64,000 bases of DNA from Selaginella moellendorffii (GCF_000143415.4 NW_003314306.1:1442776-1506775); one strand, 5' to 3'; positions 26,176 to 40,612 are shown, numbered from the stretch's first letter. Notes: generated by a model not told the origin, from the letters alone. Numbers and translations are program-made.

Positions 26176-27507
26176 GGGACAACCCAAACAAACTCTGAAG
26201 AACAAAGCAACAGCTCCAAGGATCAGTCAGGATCAGAAGGAGAAACTCCCAGCAAGAAACCGAAGCCAGCATCTCAACAATTAGGCTCAGCTCACTCCAG
26301 TAACACCAGCTCCAGCAACAAACACTCCAACGATTCAACTCTACTTTGCCGCCACCTCACACGCAACACACCAGCGAATCCAGCTCGAAAGCTGCTGCTT
26401 TGAGAGCACCTCATCATCAGTGACAATGAAGACAACTCACACTAGCTTCCACACTCACCCCAACACTTGGATCCACTCGAATCAGCCCCAAAACTGACAA
26501 CTTCTCACCAACAACTCAACATCTCCAAAGGAAAACGTTAGCTGCTCACCCAGAACTCGGTTTCTCCACCAGCTGAGAACGTTATTCTCACCACCCCGAC
26601 CCCCTTGACACGCTCCACGAAGGAAAACATCAACTACCTCTCCTGCTCTCGACCTATCAAATCGGAGCTTTTAGTCCAAACATGTTATGCTCGTTTGGCT
26701 TAAGCCTTCTAGCTAAAAGTCTTGGAAGGGCAGGAGGTTGGTATTGCTAGACCCATTATCAATTTGCTATCTAACTTTAGTATAGATTTTCTTTTTGTTT
26801 GCCGATCACTCACAACCATGCTTCCTCAAGCAAGTGGCAGGTCCAAATTCTTTGAGGTGGTTGGAGATGAGCGTTTTGGATTGATGCTGGATGAACAGCT
26901 CAGATGTGGCGCTGAAATTAATGTATCAGTTGAACGGCCCAAATCTTCCGCTTGAAATTTTGTTGAAGGGGCGGAATTTTTGCTGATGCTGGTCACGGCA
27001 TTTGCTGGAGGACGCATGATTGCATGTTCTACGAGTGATCAGCTAAGGTATTCGATGTGTTTTTTCGTGGAGTGTGGCGAGGGGCTGGGATGGTGAGAAT
27101 GATGTTCTCAGATGGTGGAGAAACCGAGTCCTGGGCTATCAGCTGGCATTTTCCTTTGGAGATGTTGAGTTGTTGGTGAGAAGTTGCCGGTTTTGGGGCT
27201 AATTCGAGTGGATTTGGGCACTGGGGTGAATGTGGAAGCTGGTGTGAGTTGTCTTCATTGTCACTGATGACGAGGTGCTCTCAGAGCAGCAGCTTTCAAG
27301 CTGGATTCACTGGTGTGTTGCATGTGAGGCAGCGGCGAAGTAGAGTTGAATCATTGGAGTGTTTGCTGCTGGAGCTGGTGTTGCTGGAGTGAGCTGAGCC
27401 TGATTGTTGAGATGCTGGCTTCAGTTTCTTGCTGGGAGTTTCTCCTTCTGATCCTGACTGATCCTCGGAGCTGTCACTTTGTTCTTCAGAGTTTGTTTGG
27501 GTTGTCC
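26176..27507. repeat. Inverted repeat: ~460 bp arms (26176-~26640 and ~27050-27507), ~410 bp spacer
   Basis: TTQTNSEEQS(N/D)SS(K/E)DQSGSEGETPSKK(P/L)KPASQQ is encoded on opposite strands by ORFs 26122+ and 27296-. Confidence 0.9.
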
Positions 27508-27839
27508 ACGGTTGCTTGTTGGGAAGAGCTTGGTGTAGAGCTACCAGCAGTGGGAACATTACTGTCCGCATGGTTTTCTTGTTGAGTGTGGTGAGGATGG
27601 CACGGTCGAGAAGCTTGAGAAGGAGCTCATGGAGATGATGAGCCACGTTCACACATTCGCCATTGAGTAGAGCTCCGTAGACCTCTGCTATGCACTTGCC
27701 GATGGTGCGATCTGTTGGGCAAAGTTCGTAGTAGAGGAGGAGGGCTTTGAGGTGATCCATATGTTGCTCCTTGATGTCCTCCCATGTGAGCTCACTGGTA
27801 ATCTCTAGATTCGCCTTGATGATTTGCTGTGGAACTTCT

Positions 27840-27940
27840 NNNNNNNNNNNNNNNNNNNNNNNNNNNNNNNNNNNNNNNNNNNNNNNNNNNNNNNNNNNNN
27901 NNNNNNNNNNNNNNNNNNNNNNNNNNNNNNNNNNNNNNNT
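27840..27940. other. Assembly gap (101 N)
   Basis: N run. Confidence 1.
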
Positions 27941-28489
27941 TGCTGGGCTAAGGGTGATCTCGTTGCCACTGTCGGTTATGGTGCTGTTCTTGGGGTTGAA
28001 GGAGGTGGCCAGCTTCCTCGCCAGCTTTTGGTCAGGGTGTGTCGAAAGGGCCTTGTGGAGGAGCTCGAATCCATGGTCCTTGAGCTAGGCAGTTGTGTCG
28101 TTGCTGGGGAAGCCTAGGAATATGGTGCATGATGTACCTGAGGTGCCAGGGTGGACTAGCTTGCATCATTTTCTGTGATCGAAGTGCTTGCCTCGTTAGG
28201 GTTTCTGAGACCCGTAACTTTTGGTTTGCTGATCGTATTCCTGGTGATGAACAGTAGAGATTTGTTGACCGAATGACTTGACTTAATTGAAGATTAATGG
28301 TGGAGATTACTGATGAAGTTAACTTAAGTTCAACTGCTGAGGTGGCATTGATCTAACAGTAGATTTGGACTTAGAGATGTTGTTTGTTGCTGCTGTTTGT
28401 TGTTGAGTCGAGTTGAGTTGTGTCGAACTGAGTTGAGTTGAAGTTTGTCTGTTGGGGTGATTGTTGACTGTTGGTTTCGGGGTGTCATC

Positions 28490-31262
28490 TAGTCAATAGC
28501 TCTGAGAATGCCTTGAAGAGGCTAGCTATGCATAATCAACACTCAGCCGAAACTAAAGTGAAGACCATGAGATGGACTCATATCGGTACATAACCTCCTC
28601 ATAGACAAAGCTATAGTACGGGTACAACCTTAAACAACTAAGTTGGACATCATCATCCTTAGCTAAGGCACAAGGCTACCAAAACTAAGTCAAGACCAGT
28701 GAGAGTTCACTACTCTCATAGAGTTTAACAAAATACAACATGTTAAACTCATAGAGTTTAACAAAACTTGCCACCAAGCATAATGCTATAGAAGAAAGCC
28801 ATAAGGGTCACCTTTCTTAAAAAAGTGCAACAGCTACTTTTTTACACTAACTCCAGACTCTATCTAACTCAATTGCATTAGCCTCAAAAGTTAGCATCCC
28901 TTTCAGGTTGCATCATATAAATTACATACTAAGGTGTAAGCTAATTGAAATCAACTCCAACCCTTGCACTAATTTGTACTGGCTTACAAAAACGTGGTTT
29001 TTAAACAAGTGATCAACAGATCAATCATTGGAAAAGTTTAAAAAAAATTGTGGAAAAATTTTCCATCATAGAGAAAGAATGACTCTCAATTCGGGAATGC
29101 AAACTTTCAAGACTCAACCAACTTCCTCCTACCTACAACTTTACATAGGTTCACCTCAACACAAATTCTCAAGACCCATAGTATACTTAAGCTTTGAACA
29201 TCATGCCCATATTTCTGATATCCAATATTGACATCCGCAAAAATGCAAAATGAACATCTAAGGCTTGATTATGAAAACCATATCTTTGAATATCCGCATT
29301 GCACTAACACTTTTCTTCAACCATTTTCAAGATCCAATATGAAGCCAAAACATTAATAAAAAAAATGACATGGAAAATCAAACTCTAAAGAAAATTCCTC
29401 ATCACTTGAAACAACAATACCACTTTCTCCAACACAAGTGTTAGCAATGTCAATGCTGCAACTATACACATTTTCTATTCAATAATTTACTCTAAATGCT
29501 AATGGCTCAACTGACAAGCTATAGCAAGTGAATGCTATAACATTTTCCAGGCAATTTCCCTAGGAAATAAAATACTAACTTAAGCTTAACATAATAGACC
29601 ACTATCGAGAATCCAGTCAAAGCTACTATAATGCTACTTTATGTAAGTAGACTAGCTTCACTATCAACCACTTTGGGGTTGATCATCATTTGACCAAGCA
29701 ACTTCATAAACACATTACTCATTATCACATGGATATGATATAAGTATCACAATGACTTGATCATCAATTGAGCAACACCACGAGTAATACCCATGTCATA
29801 ACTTCAAAGGTTTATATGAGTATCAAATACTAACCCAATTTGATAAAATGCAACAACACTTAACACCACTAACTTTTGTTCACAATACAGACAAGCTTAT
29901 ACCACTTTCTTTTTGACCAAACTCAAAATTAATTTAACACCAAGCTACTCAAAGAGCAATAGCAAGGTTCCCTGAAAAAGAATTGAGCATTGTAACCCAA
30001 GCCTTCCAATAGTAAGCCTTGACAAAAATAGTATAGCATTTCACCGCTATCCATCCCACAACTCACCATTTGTAAGACCATCATTTCCAATATGCATCAA
30101 GGCAGGGACTCTTCATTGCATAATGTGAACACGAGCAATGAATCACATCTCGTTGCAAATTATCTCTCCAAGAAGAGAAGATGATTTATGTGTTTGATCC
30201 TTCATCCCTGATAACTCTCTTTTCGGTCTTATCTTTTGACCAAACCTCAAACTTGCTTTCACATTGCCTTCAGTCCAATCCAACAAAAGTTTATGAGAGA
30301 GCACAACAATGATTACTTGAATCAATAGATTTATCCTTATAATCTTGATTGATCCACTTATAATCATGCCTAGGAAGGATCCACTAGTGCCGTGCTAAAT
30401 AGCTATGGACCAGCCTATTTGCCACTCATAGCAAACCCAAGGAAAGTTTACTTTCACCCATGGTACAAGGAACAATTTATAGAACCACTGATAGGTTAAC
30501 ATCAATCCTGCCAACTCAAAGAGTAACCTCGAGTTGCTAATGTGCCTCACTCACAAGCCCAAGTGCAAACTCATGTAAAATGGTACAACTTATTCCATCC
30601 TATGAGCCCAAGAGCAAACTCATACAATATGGTATAAAATGTAACCAAAATCCATACCTAAAGAACGATTGCGAAGCCTTTACACCCAAACGTGTACCCA
30701 CTCGGATCATCGTTTTCATCTCTGCGTATGAAATGAGACTAGTTGCCCAATCTCATTGGATAGTATTTGCCAAGACTCATCCATACCTTTATCCTATGGT
30801 GATTTACCATAGGATAACCATGAAGGGGAACTTAAACCCTCCATATGCCATATGTCATATGCTATATGTCACATGCTACATGTTCAAAAGACAGTGGTAT
30901 GGAATCGAGTTTTAGGGCCTTGTGCCATTGAATGAAGGAATGGTGCTAAACTCCCAAGCATGAAGCCAAGGAGCAATGGCATTGGAGCACAGAACAACTC
31001 TCAAACATATAGCCCAAGGAGTGAAATGACAGGAGCACAAAGCAACTTAGATCAATCCTAGAGCAACCAGCATCCTAATGCCAGGACTAGCATGCAAAAC
31101 GGAGCTAAACAGAGTCTAATGCTATTTCAACATACTGGTGGCCTAACATAAGGATATGAGCACTCCACTAGCTAATATGGAGTGGAACACCCAAGCCAAA
31201 TGCAAAACAAAGATAGGCACGCAAGCAGGAGCTAGACTATGCCTCAAGTTAGTCAGCCATGC
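28490..31262 (+). mobile_element. Heavily decayed LTR-retrotransposon pol region (RNase H/integrase), copy 1
   Basis: RPIVYLS (RNase H RPIAY(F/L)S-like); homologous to 31356-33868 (inverted), 38760-40610 and ~48080-49650. Confidence 0.6.
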
Positions 31263-31355
31263 CTGACTTACCCTTTACCCCTAATATAGATTTGGAACCT
31301 CCCATAGCCAATTATTGTTTTTGTGAATGTCACATTGTTTGGGACAATATGTAAC

Positions 31356-33868
31356 ATGGCTGACCAACCTAAGGCATAGTGTAGCTCCCACTTGCGTGCC
31401 TGTCTTTGTTCTGCGTCCGGCTTGGGTCTAAGCCCAAGTTCCATTCCATGCTAGCTGGTGAAGTACCCATATCCTCACGTTAAGCCATCGGTATGCCGAA
31501 ATAGCGCTAGACTCCGTTTGGCTCTGTTTTGCGTGCTGGTCTTGGCATTGGGATGCTGGATGCTCCAGGACTATTCCAAGTCGCTCCGGGCTCCTGTTCC
31601 TTTGCTCCTTGGGCTATATGCTCAGGAGTTGCTCCATGGACCGGTTCCATCACTCCTTGGCTTCACGCTTGGGAGTTTGGTACCATTCCTTCGTTCCTGA
31701 ACCTTGGGTACCACACCATGTTCCTTTGGACACGTGGCATCTGTCACATGGCACAAAGAGGGTTTAGGTTCTGCTTCGTGGTGTTATCCTATGGTAAATC
31801 ACCATAGGATAAAGGGTCAAAACCACGTGCACTACATTTGGTATCAAAGGATGAGTCTCAACGAATACTATTCAATGAGATTGGGCAACTAGTCTCATTG
31901 CATACGCAGAGATGAAAACGATGATCCGAGTGGGTACACGTTTGGGTGCTAAGACTTTGCAAATCATTCCTTGGGTATGAATTTGGTTACCATTTTGTAC
32001 CATATTATATGAGCTTGCTCTTGGGCTCATAAGAAGGATTGAGTTGTTTCAGTAGCACGAGTTTGCGCTTGGGCTCATGAGTGAGGCGCATTAGCAATTC
32101 AAGGTTGCACTTTGAGTTGGCAGGATTAATGTTAGCCTATTGGTGGTTCCATGAGTTGTTCCATGTACCATGGGTGAAAGTAAACTTTCCCTAGATTTGC
32201 TATGAGTGGCAAATAGGCTGGTCTGTAGCTATTTAGCACGGCACTAGTGGATCCTTCCTAGGCATGATTATAAGTGGATCAATCAAGATTAGTCTATAGG
32301 GATTAGTCTATTGGTTCAAGTAGTCATGGCTGTGCTCTCTCATAAACTTTTCTTCGATTGAACTAAAGGCAGTGCGAAAGCAAGCTTGAGGTTTGGTCAA
32401 AGATGAGACCGAAAGGAGAGTTATTGGGGACGAAGGATCAAATACGTAAATCATTTTCTCTTCTTGGAGAGATGGTCTGCAACGAGGTGTTAACTCATTG
32501 CTGGTGTTCACATCATGCAATCAAGAGTCCCTATCTTGATGCATGTTGGAGATGGTGGTTTTACAATGGTGAGTTGTGGGATGGATAGCGGTGAAGTGCT
32601 ATACCATTTTGTCTAGGCTTGCTATTAGAAGATTTGGGTTGCAATGCTCAATTCTTTTCCGGGGAACTTTGTTATTGCTTTTTGAGTAGCTTGGTTTTGG
32701 ATTAGTATTGGGTTTTGTCAGAAAGAGAGTGGCATGAGCTTGTCCGTATTGTGAACAAAAGTTAGTGGTATTGGGTGTTGTAAATCTCTATCGGTGAAGT
32801 GTGGCAATTGTGTTGCATTTTGTCGAATTGAGTTGGCGCTTGATACTTACATAAACCTTGTAGTAGTGACATGGGCATTGCTCATGGTGTTGCTTAATTG
32901 ATGATCAAGTCATTGTGATTTCTATATCGTATCCATGTGATAGTGAGCAATGTGTTTACGAAGTTGCTTGGGTAAATGATGATCAACCCTGAAGTGGTTG
33001 ATGGTGAAGCTAGTCTACTTGCACGTAGTAGCATTGTAGTAGCTTTAACTGAATTCTCAATGGTGGTCCATTATGCTAAACTTAAGTTGAAACCTTGTTT
33101 CCTTGAGTTTGCCCATTAGGTGTTGGAAAAGAGTTATAGCATTCACTTGCTATGACTTGTCAGTTGATCTATTAACACTTGGAGTAGATTGTTGGATGGA
33201 AAAGATGTGTAGTTGGGGCATTGACATCACTAGCATTTGTGTTAGTGGAAGTGGCATTGTTATTTCAAGTGATGAGGAATTTTCCTTGGACCTTGATTTT
33301 TCATGTCATTTTTCTTGTTAGTGCTTTGGCTTCACATTGGATCTTGAAGGTAATTGAAGAAGAGTGTTAGTGCAATGTGGATATCCAAAGATGTGGTTTT
33401 CGTGATCAAGCCTTGGATGTTCATTTTGCACTTTGCGGATGTCGGTGTTGGATATCAGTTAGATGGGCAAAGATGTTCGATGTTTAAGCATATTGTTGGA
33501 TCATGAGAATTCGTGTTAAGGTGAACCTATGTGAAATTGTTAGTAGGAGGAAGTTGGTTGAGTCTTGAAAGTTTGTATTCCTGGACTGAGAGTCATTCTT
33601 TCTCTAGGATGGAAATTTTCCACAAATTTTCTTAGACTTTTTCAATGGCTGATCTGTTGTTCACTTTGCCGAAAACCATTCCGTTTTCGTAAGCTAGTAG
33701 AAACTAGTGAAGGGGTTGGAGTTGACTTCAGTTAGCTTAGACCTTGGTAGGTAGTTTGTATGATACGGCCCGAAAGGGATGCTGACTTTTGGGGCTAAGG
33801 CAATTAAGTTGGATAGAGTCTAGAGTTGGTGAAGAAAAGTGGCTGTTGCACTTTTCTAGAAAGGTGAT
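31356..33868 (-). mobile_element. Decayed LTR-retrotransposon pol region, copy 2, inverted relative to copy 1
   Basis: e.g. 32236-32290 is the reverse complement of ~30345-30400; CLSPKSQHPFR..SYKLP is shared with ORF 39016. Confidence 0.65.
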
Positions 33869-34099
33869 TGTGAGACACAAAATCCCTAGGCCCCAAAGTG
33901 GAGCTAGAAAGGGTGCCACGTGGTAGTGGCCGAAGTGAAAGCCAAACGAGTGTAACACGTTTGGACTAAAAACTCTAACTTGGAAGGTCGAGAGCGGGAG
34001 TGGAACTCCCAACAAAGTGCTCAAGGAGCGAGCACGAAGCGAGCAATAAGCAAGGCTCCAAAAAGGGACCCAAAAAGGACCAACACATGACACATGGAA

Positions 34100-34710
34100 G
34101 TGTCCGAGATGGAGTCCGAGACGGACCCTAGTTAGAGTCCGAGATAGACCCGAAGTGGAGTCCGATATGGAGTCCGAAGTGGAGTCCAAGATGGAGTCCG
34201 AGATGGACCCGAAGTGGAGTCCGAGATGGACCAAGACGGAGTCCGAGATGGACCCGAGATGGAGTCCGAGATGGAGTCCGAGATGGACCCGAGATGGAGT
34301 CCGAGATGGAGTCCGAGGTGGACCGAGACGGAGTTCGAGATGGACCCGAGATGGAGTCCGAGATGGAGTCTGAGGTGGACCGAGACGGAGTCCGAGATGG
34401 ACCTGAGATGGAGTCCGAGATGGACCGAGACGGAGTCCGAGGTGGAGTCCGAGATGGAGTCCGAGATGGACTGAGACGGAGCCCGAGATGGAGTCCGAGA
34501 TGGAGTCCGAGAAGGACCCGAGATGGAGTCCGAGGTCGAGACCGAGACCGGGACCGAGACCGGGACTGAGACCGAGACCGAGACTGAGACCGGGACCGAG
34601 ACCGGGACCGAGACCGAGACCGAGGCCAAGGCTGAGACCGAGCCCGAGCCCTCGTCTGAGCCCGAGCCCGAGTCCGAGTCCGAGTCCGAGTCCGAGTTCG
34701 AGTCTGAGAG
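34100..34710. repeat. Hexamer/dodecamer minisatellite (GAGATG GAGTCC, grading into GAGACC, GAGCCC, GAGTCC)
   Basis: Directly visible; explains the low-complexity ORFs in several frames. Confidence 0.95.
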
Positions 34711-35707
34711 GGTGAAAGCCCAAAGCGTTCGTCTCCTAGACCCTGGGGGGTTTGGTGAGCTCCAAAAGTATAGTAAGGGGGAGGACTGCAGTGGAGCCAG
34801 TTTGGCCAGGAAAGGCTAGTTTGGCCCAGGAAGGCCAGACCCAGTGTTGGGTGATGAACTGACCACTGGGAAGTCCAAGACTAGAGTGAATACGGACCGA
34901 CAAGCGTGGTAGCTTGGTGAAGTGTTCAAGAGCCGGCTCTAGTTCCCCTGGGAGATCGACTGGCCGATGCTCCCAATCCAAGTGTGGGTGGCACTACCTA
35001 CTTGGATACCAGGCGTGGCTCAATGGAACCTCGCTCTAAGCCCATGGCTAGAGCACCTAAAGGAGAAAGGCGGGGAGAGTACCCAGGTGGCTCGCGTAAG
35101 GCCACGGTGTTCCGAAATGTTGTCCCAAAGGCCTAGACTGTGGAAAGGAAGAGGAGCAGTCCTCTGGGGTAGTGACCAAGGACACAGTCGTGTGGTGAGG
35201 AAGTCCCAGAGGACCATGGGACTTAATGGTTGGGCCTGTGGGCCTCGATCCAGTGGCAGTGTTGGCAAACACGGCCAGGGGCAGAAAGGGACTTGGTAGG
35301 AACTGACAAAGGGACTTTGGGGAAGGCGATTCCCCAGGTCTGTGGGCATCCCAAGGATGCTAAGGAGTGGATCTAGGATGACCACTCGTGGACAGATGGC
35401 CCAGTCTTGGAGAGACGGGATGGTGATGCAAGTGGTATTGGACCACTAGTGCAGCAAAGGTGAATGGGCATGGCCTTAGTGTAACGGGCCGAGATGTCAG
35501 TGGTACCTTTGGGTGTTGGTCTTGGGACCGGACATGTGGAGCACTTGGACCAGGTGCAAGTGTTGAGTGGCATGGATGCCATTCTTGGGGCTAGCAAGTC
35601 CCAAGTCCTGAATTGGACTGATGGAGGTTGTGAATGAGACTCCTCCAAGTGGTCGGAGGTGTGGTTAAGTGACTAAAGATGAAAGGAAAATTTAGTCGCT
35701 TACAACT

Positions 35708-35719
35708 TGGTATCGGAGC
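35708..35719 (+). other. Putative primer-binding site (tRNA-iMet type) after an LTR-like ...TTACA end
   Basis: gcttaca-act-TGGTATCGGAGC, one mismatch to TGGTATCAGAGC. Confidence 0.55.
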
Positions 35720-37407
35720 TGTTCCTTAGTCTGACTTTTATTGGTGCTCAAGTATATCACCATTGATATTGGCATCGGAAGGTCCTAGGAGTGGGCCTAT
35801 CCTTGAGGAGTAGCACGTCGAGAGGACATGGCTCTCCACTCGAGTTCATGCATGAACTTAGGCACAATGTGGTGGATAGAAAAGGGGCCAGTAAGGGAAC
35901 GACTTTGGGATCTTGGGAACAATATGTGGTTTTCCTCAGAGAGTTGAGGATGTGATCTAGATGAGCATTTGACTTAGCAAACTGGCTAATGTAATTGTGG
36001 TAAACAACTATATTTGGGATCATGGGAAAGATAAAGACTCCAAAGCAATAAAAGAGTCACAAGTTTATCCTCATATAGTTGAGGTTGGTGCTCATGAATG
36101 TGAGACCAGAAGTAATGACCGTGGGAGGTCAAATACGGAAGAGGACGCTAGTCCTTGAAATGGTAGCTAGGGCTACCTTTAATAAATGCTGGAACAACCC
36201 AAGAAGTTGGGGGGTGTACTTAGAGATGAGTTGGTATTCTCATCACATGGATAAGTAGTTCTAAGGGGCAAAGGTTGCCCCAGAGAACAAAATCAAGTGT
36301 CAGAGTAACACTTGTGAAAATAGTCCTTGTGAGTGAGGACATGAATGCAAGAAGTGTATTCCAGTGAGCTAGTGCCCGACAAGTAGGACCTTACGGGTTT
36401 ATGGATTAACCAAGTCCAAAACTGCTAGATGACTCAAGTAGAGTCAAAGAATGGTCCTAAAGGACTGATGGAAGCATTTGGACTGAAGTGTGTGGTACCC
36501 CACGAAGGATGGGGGGGATCATAGGATCCAAGGATGAGAATAGAGGGTATCTCATCGATGGCAAAATGTGCCATGCTAAAGTCGTGGGAAGGGTGTTCCC
36601 AAAAAGAAAACAATTTTGAAACAAAGTTGTGTGTAACCTCTATGGTGCAGTGCTAACGGATGGTTGGCATGAAAAAGAGTGGTATTGGTCTTGGCAAAGA
36701 CTTAGGCACAAAAAAGAAGTGTCATAGAGGTAAGCTCATGGAGCCAATGGTGTGGAGACACCAAATGTGCCAAGGTGTGATACCTTGAGGCTATGTTGGT
36801 GGGTTCATGAGAACCCCTTGCCAAAGGAATCCCAATGGAAATGGGAATGGCATAGCCTAAGCTGCAGAGCATGTAGTTGGAGTGTGGTGACCCAGATAAT
36901 GATGGAGGTGTGGAAGCACCAGCAATGAGTTGTAGGACTTGACAACTATGAGGCAACTAAGCAAGAGGTGCAAAATAATTGGTTAAATGGGTAAAAGGTA
37001 GCTACCCAAGCCTTTTTAATGGCATAAGGAAATTGGACATACCCTTACGAGGGATAAGTTGCTTATGTTGCGATATAGTAAGTCAATATCATGAAAGGAA
37101 ATACTCATTGTCAAGGAAGCCGTCATTGGGACACCTAAACACTCTAGAACACCAGGAGGTGGTGTTTGAAGTCGCGAGGGCAATAGATAAGGCCCAAGGG
37201 ACTAAGTCCATAGCGAATGATGGATAGAAGGTGCTATCCAAATGTCCAAGGTAGCGGAGACAGGAGAAGACTGTCTACTCGAATTGGACAAAGCCAAAAA
37301 TGGAATTTTGGCAAGGCTAGCGATGGGCATGTAAAGGCCCATAAGCAACAACGCAATCTCGGTGTGTGGGATTATAGGGTGAGTATACCTGGATTGAGGA
37401 ACCACTC

Positions 37408-37507
37408 NNNNNNNNNNNNNNNNNNNNNNNNNNNNNNNNNNNNNNNNNNNNNNNNNNNNNNNNNNNNNNNNNNNNNNNNNNNNNNNNNNNNNNNNNNNNN
37501 NNNNNNN
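37408..37507. other. Assembly gap (100 N)
   Basis: N run. Confidence 1.
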
Positions 37508-37999
37508 CCTAAGAATACTTGCTAAGGCATGATAGAAAGTGCAAAGCTATCCTCTTGGTCTGGAGGAGAATGATCGAAGGAAATGTGTGAAGCCAAAAGG
37601 AAGAAGTATGGGGGTAGAACCAAACCATAGGAATCGAAGGGCATAACCAAGGTTGGTTATGCCAGCTGGGAGTGGAGAATCAAGTGGAGGCTCGAGGGTG
37701 TTGCCGCTAGCAACCGTGATGCCATGGAGAGTCTAAAATATGGAATAAGTCCATGTTAGACTATATGGTAATTGGAAAGCTTGCAAAAAGGGAGGCCTTA
37801 GCAAGCTAAGAGACAGAGTTCCTTCAAGGTTCCCAAAGATGATTCTAGGTAGCTTAGTACCTAGAAAGGCCTAGTGTAAATGGTTCAAAGCACGCGCGAA
37901 ATCGGAGTGGCGCAGCAGAATCACTTTCAAGGAAAAGCCAAAGTTAACCCCTATTAAGCAATCTTATCTAAAACACAACTAACTCAACTTGCCATTTAG

Positions 38000-40612
38000 T
38001 TCATTTGAACATCAATACAATTGCTAACTAGCAAATGCACGGATACCAATAACACAAAGTTACAACCTAAGTATCAACATTATTTGCATCGAAACTAATG
38101 AAACTTAATATTAATCTTACGGAGAGATATTTCACTTCACTCAAATCTTAACATCAACAATGTCAATGACAAGGCACCACTTCAATGCCATCAACACCAA
38201 AACAAAGCTAGAAGAAAGCAAAAGTGAATAGCCACTCAAAGCTTTCTAGCAACCAAACTAACTAAAGTCAAAGATACTATACTTAGTATCTGAGACCAGT
38301 TCTTCAACAATACTTAGCTACAGATAATGCATCATCAAGAAGTGAATCACCACATCCAAGACTCAATGAAATCCAATACCATAGACTAAACATAACCAAA
38401 TGATATCAACAGAGGTAGAGTCAACATACCAATATGGAAAAACCATATAAGTCTAACGACACGATCCTCCACAACACCATCCAGTAAGCAAGTCTATCAT
38501 TGCTAAATTATCATCCAATGAAGCAAGTATTAATAATCCTTTGACAAAGTCTACAAGTAATCACTAGTCACAAAGCAACTAATAATCACTTTTCAATTTA
38601 CCTTTCATAAGACCCAAACATTAAACTTATGTCATCGAGTTATATACTTGCCCAACATAAATGTAATACCCCAAGTACGAGATAAAAGTTCATGGACAAG
38701 CATAAACTAAATGACTACCCAAATCCAATTCAACCGCAATAAGCTCACCAATACATCTAATCAATAGCTCTGAGCATGCCTTGAAAAGGCTAGTTATGCA
38801 TAATCAACACTCAGTCAAAACTAAAGTGAAGACCATGAGATGGACTCATATTGGTACACAACCTTCTCATAGACAAAGCTATAGTATGGGTACTAACATT
38901 TCAACCTTAAACAACTAAGTTGGACATCATCATCCTCAGCGAAGTGCAAGGCTACCAAAACTAAGTCAAGATCAGTGAGAGCTCACTACTCTCATAGAGT
39001 CTAACAAAATATAAAGTGCAATCTGTCACTGAGCATAACGCTATAGAAGAAAGGCACAAGGGGTCACCTTTTTTAAAAAAAATGCAACGTGGCTACTTTT
39101 CTACACCAACTCCAGATTCTATCCCACTCAATTGCCTTAGCCCCAAAAGTCAACATCCTTTTCGAGTCGCATCATATAAACTACCTATTAAGATTTAAGC
39201 CAACCGAAGTCAACTCCAACCCTTTCACTAGTTTGTACTAGTTTACGAAAATGGAAAGGTTTTTGAGCAAAGTGATCAACAAATCAACCATCGGACCTCC
39301 TAGTTTTTCCATCCTAGAGAAAAAATTACCCTCAATCCAGGAATGCAAACTTTCAAGACTCAACCAACTTCCTCCTACTAACAACTTCACATAGTTTCAC
39401 CTCAACACAAATTCTCAAGACCCATAGTATGTTTAAGCTTCAAACATCATACCCATATTTTTTATATCCAAGACCAACATTTGCAAAAATGCAAAATGAA
39501 CATCCAAGGTTTAATCACAAAGACCATGTCTTCAGATACCCACATTGCACTAACACTCTTTTTTAACCACCTTCAAGATCCAACGTAAAGCCAAAACACT
39601 AACAAAAAAAATGACATGGAAAATCAAGATCTAGGGAAAATTCCTTATCACTCAAAATAACAACGTCATTTCCACTAACACAAGTGCTAACGATGTTAAT
39701 GTCTCAACTACACACCTTCTCCATCCGACAATATACTCCAAGTGCAACAGATTCACCAACAAGTCATAGAAAATTAATGCTACAACCCTTTCCAACACCT
39801 CAATGGGTAAACCCCTTAAGAACCAAGGTACTAACTTAAGTTTAGCATAATAGACCACAATTAAGAATCCAGTCAAGGCTACTTCATTGTTACTATATGT
39901 AAGTAGACTAGCTTCACCATCAACCACTTTGGGGTTGATCATCATCTAACCACGCAACTTCATAAACACATTACTTATTATCATATGAATATGATATAAA
40001 AATCACAATAACTTGATTATCAATCAAGCAACACCACGAATAATGCTAATGTCATTACTTTAAAGGTTTAATGTGAGTATCAAGTGTCAACTCAATTCGA
40101 TAAAATACAACATAAATACCACACTCCACCGATAAAGACTTACAACACCCAACACCACTAATTTTTGTTCATAACACGGATAAGTTCATGCCACTCTCTA
40201 TCTAACCAAACTCAAAACTAATCCAACACCAAGCTATTCAAGGAGTAATAGCAAGGTTCCCTGAAAAAGAATTGACCATTGCAACTTAAGTCTTCAATTG
40301 TAAATTTAGACAAAATGGTTTAACGCTTCACCATTATCCATCTCTTGACTCACCACTTGTAAGACCATTATAACCAATATGCATCAAAGTAGGGGCTCTT
40401 GATTGCATAATGTAAATATGAGCAATGAATTAACACCTTGTTGTAAATCATCTCTCCAAGAAGAAAAAATGATTTACGTGTTTGATCCTTCATTTTTAAT
40501 GGTTCTCTTTTCGGTCTCATCTTTAACTAAACCTCGAGTTTGCATTTGCATTGTTTTAGTCCAACCAAAGGAAAATTTATGAGAGAGCACAGCAATGACT
40601 ATTTGAACCAAT
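38000..40612 (+). mobile_element. Decayed LTR-retrotransposon pol region, copy 3
   Basis: 38760-40610 is colinear with 28490-30330 (e.g. aactaaagtgaagaccatgagatggactcat in both). Confidence 0.65.

Noticed and set aside
34100-34710. CRISPR-like array
   Set aside because: No unique spacers, eukaryotic context, no cas genes.
33737-34819. Long LGLGL / RPRP / SESE ORFs
   Set aside because: By-products of the hexamer minisatellite; no domain content.
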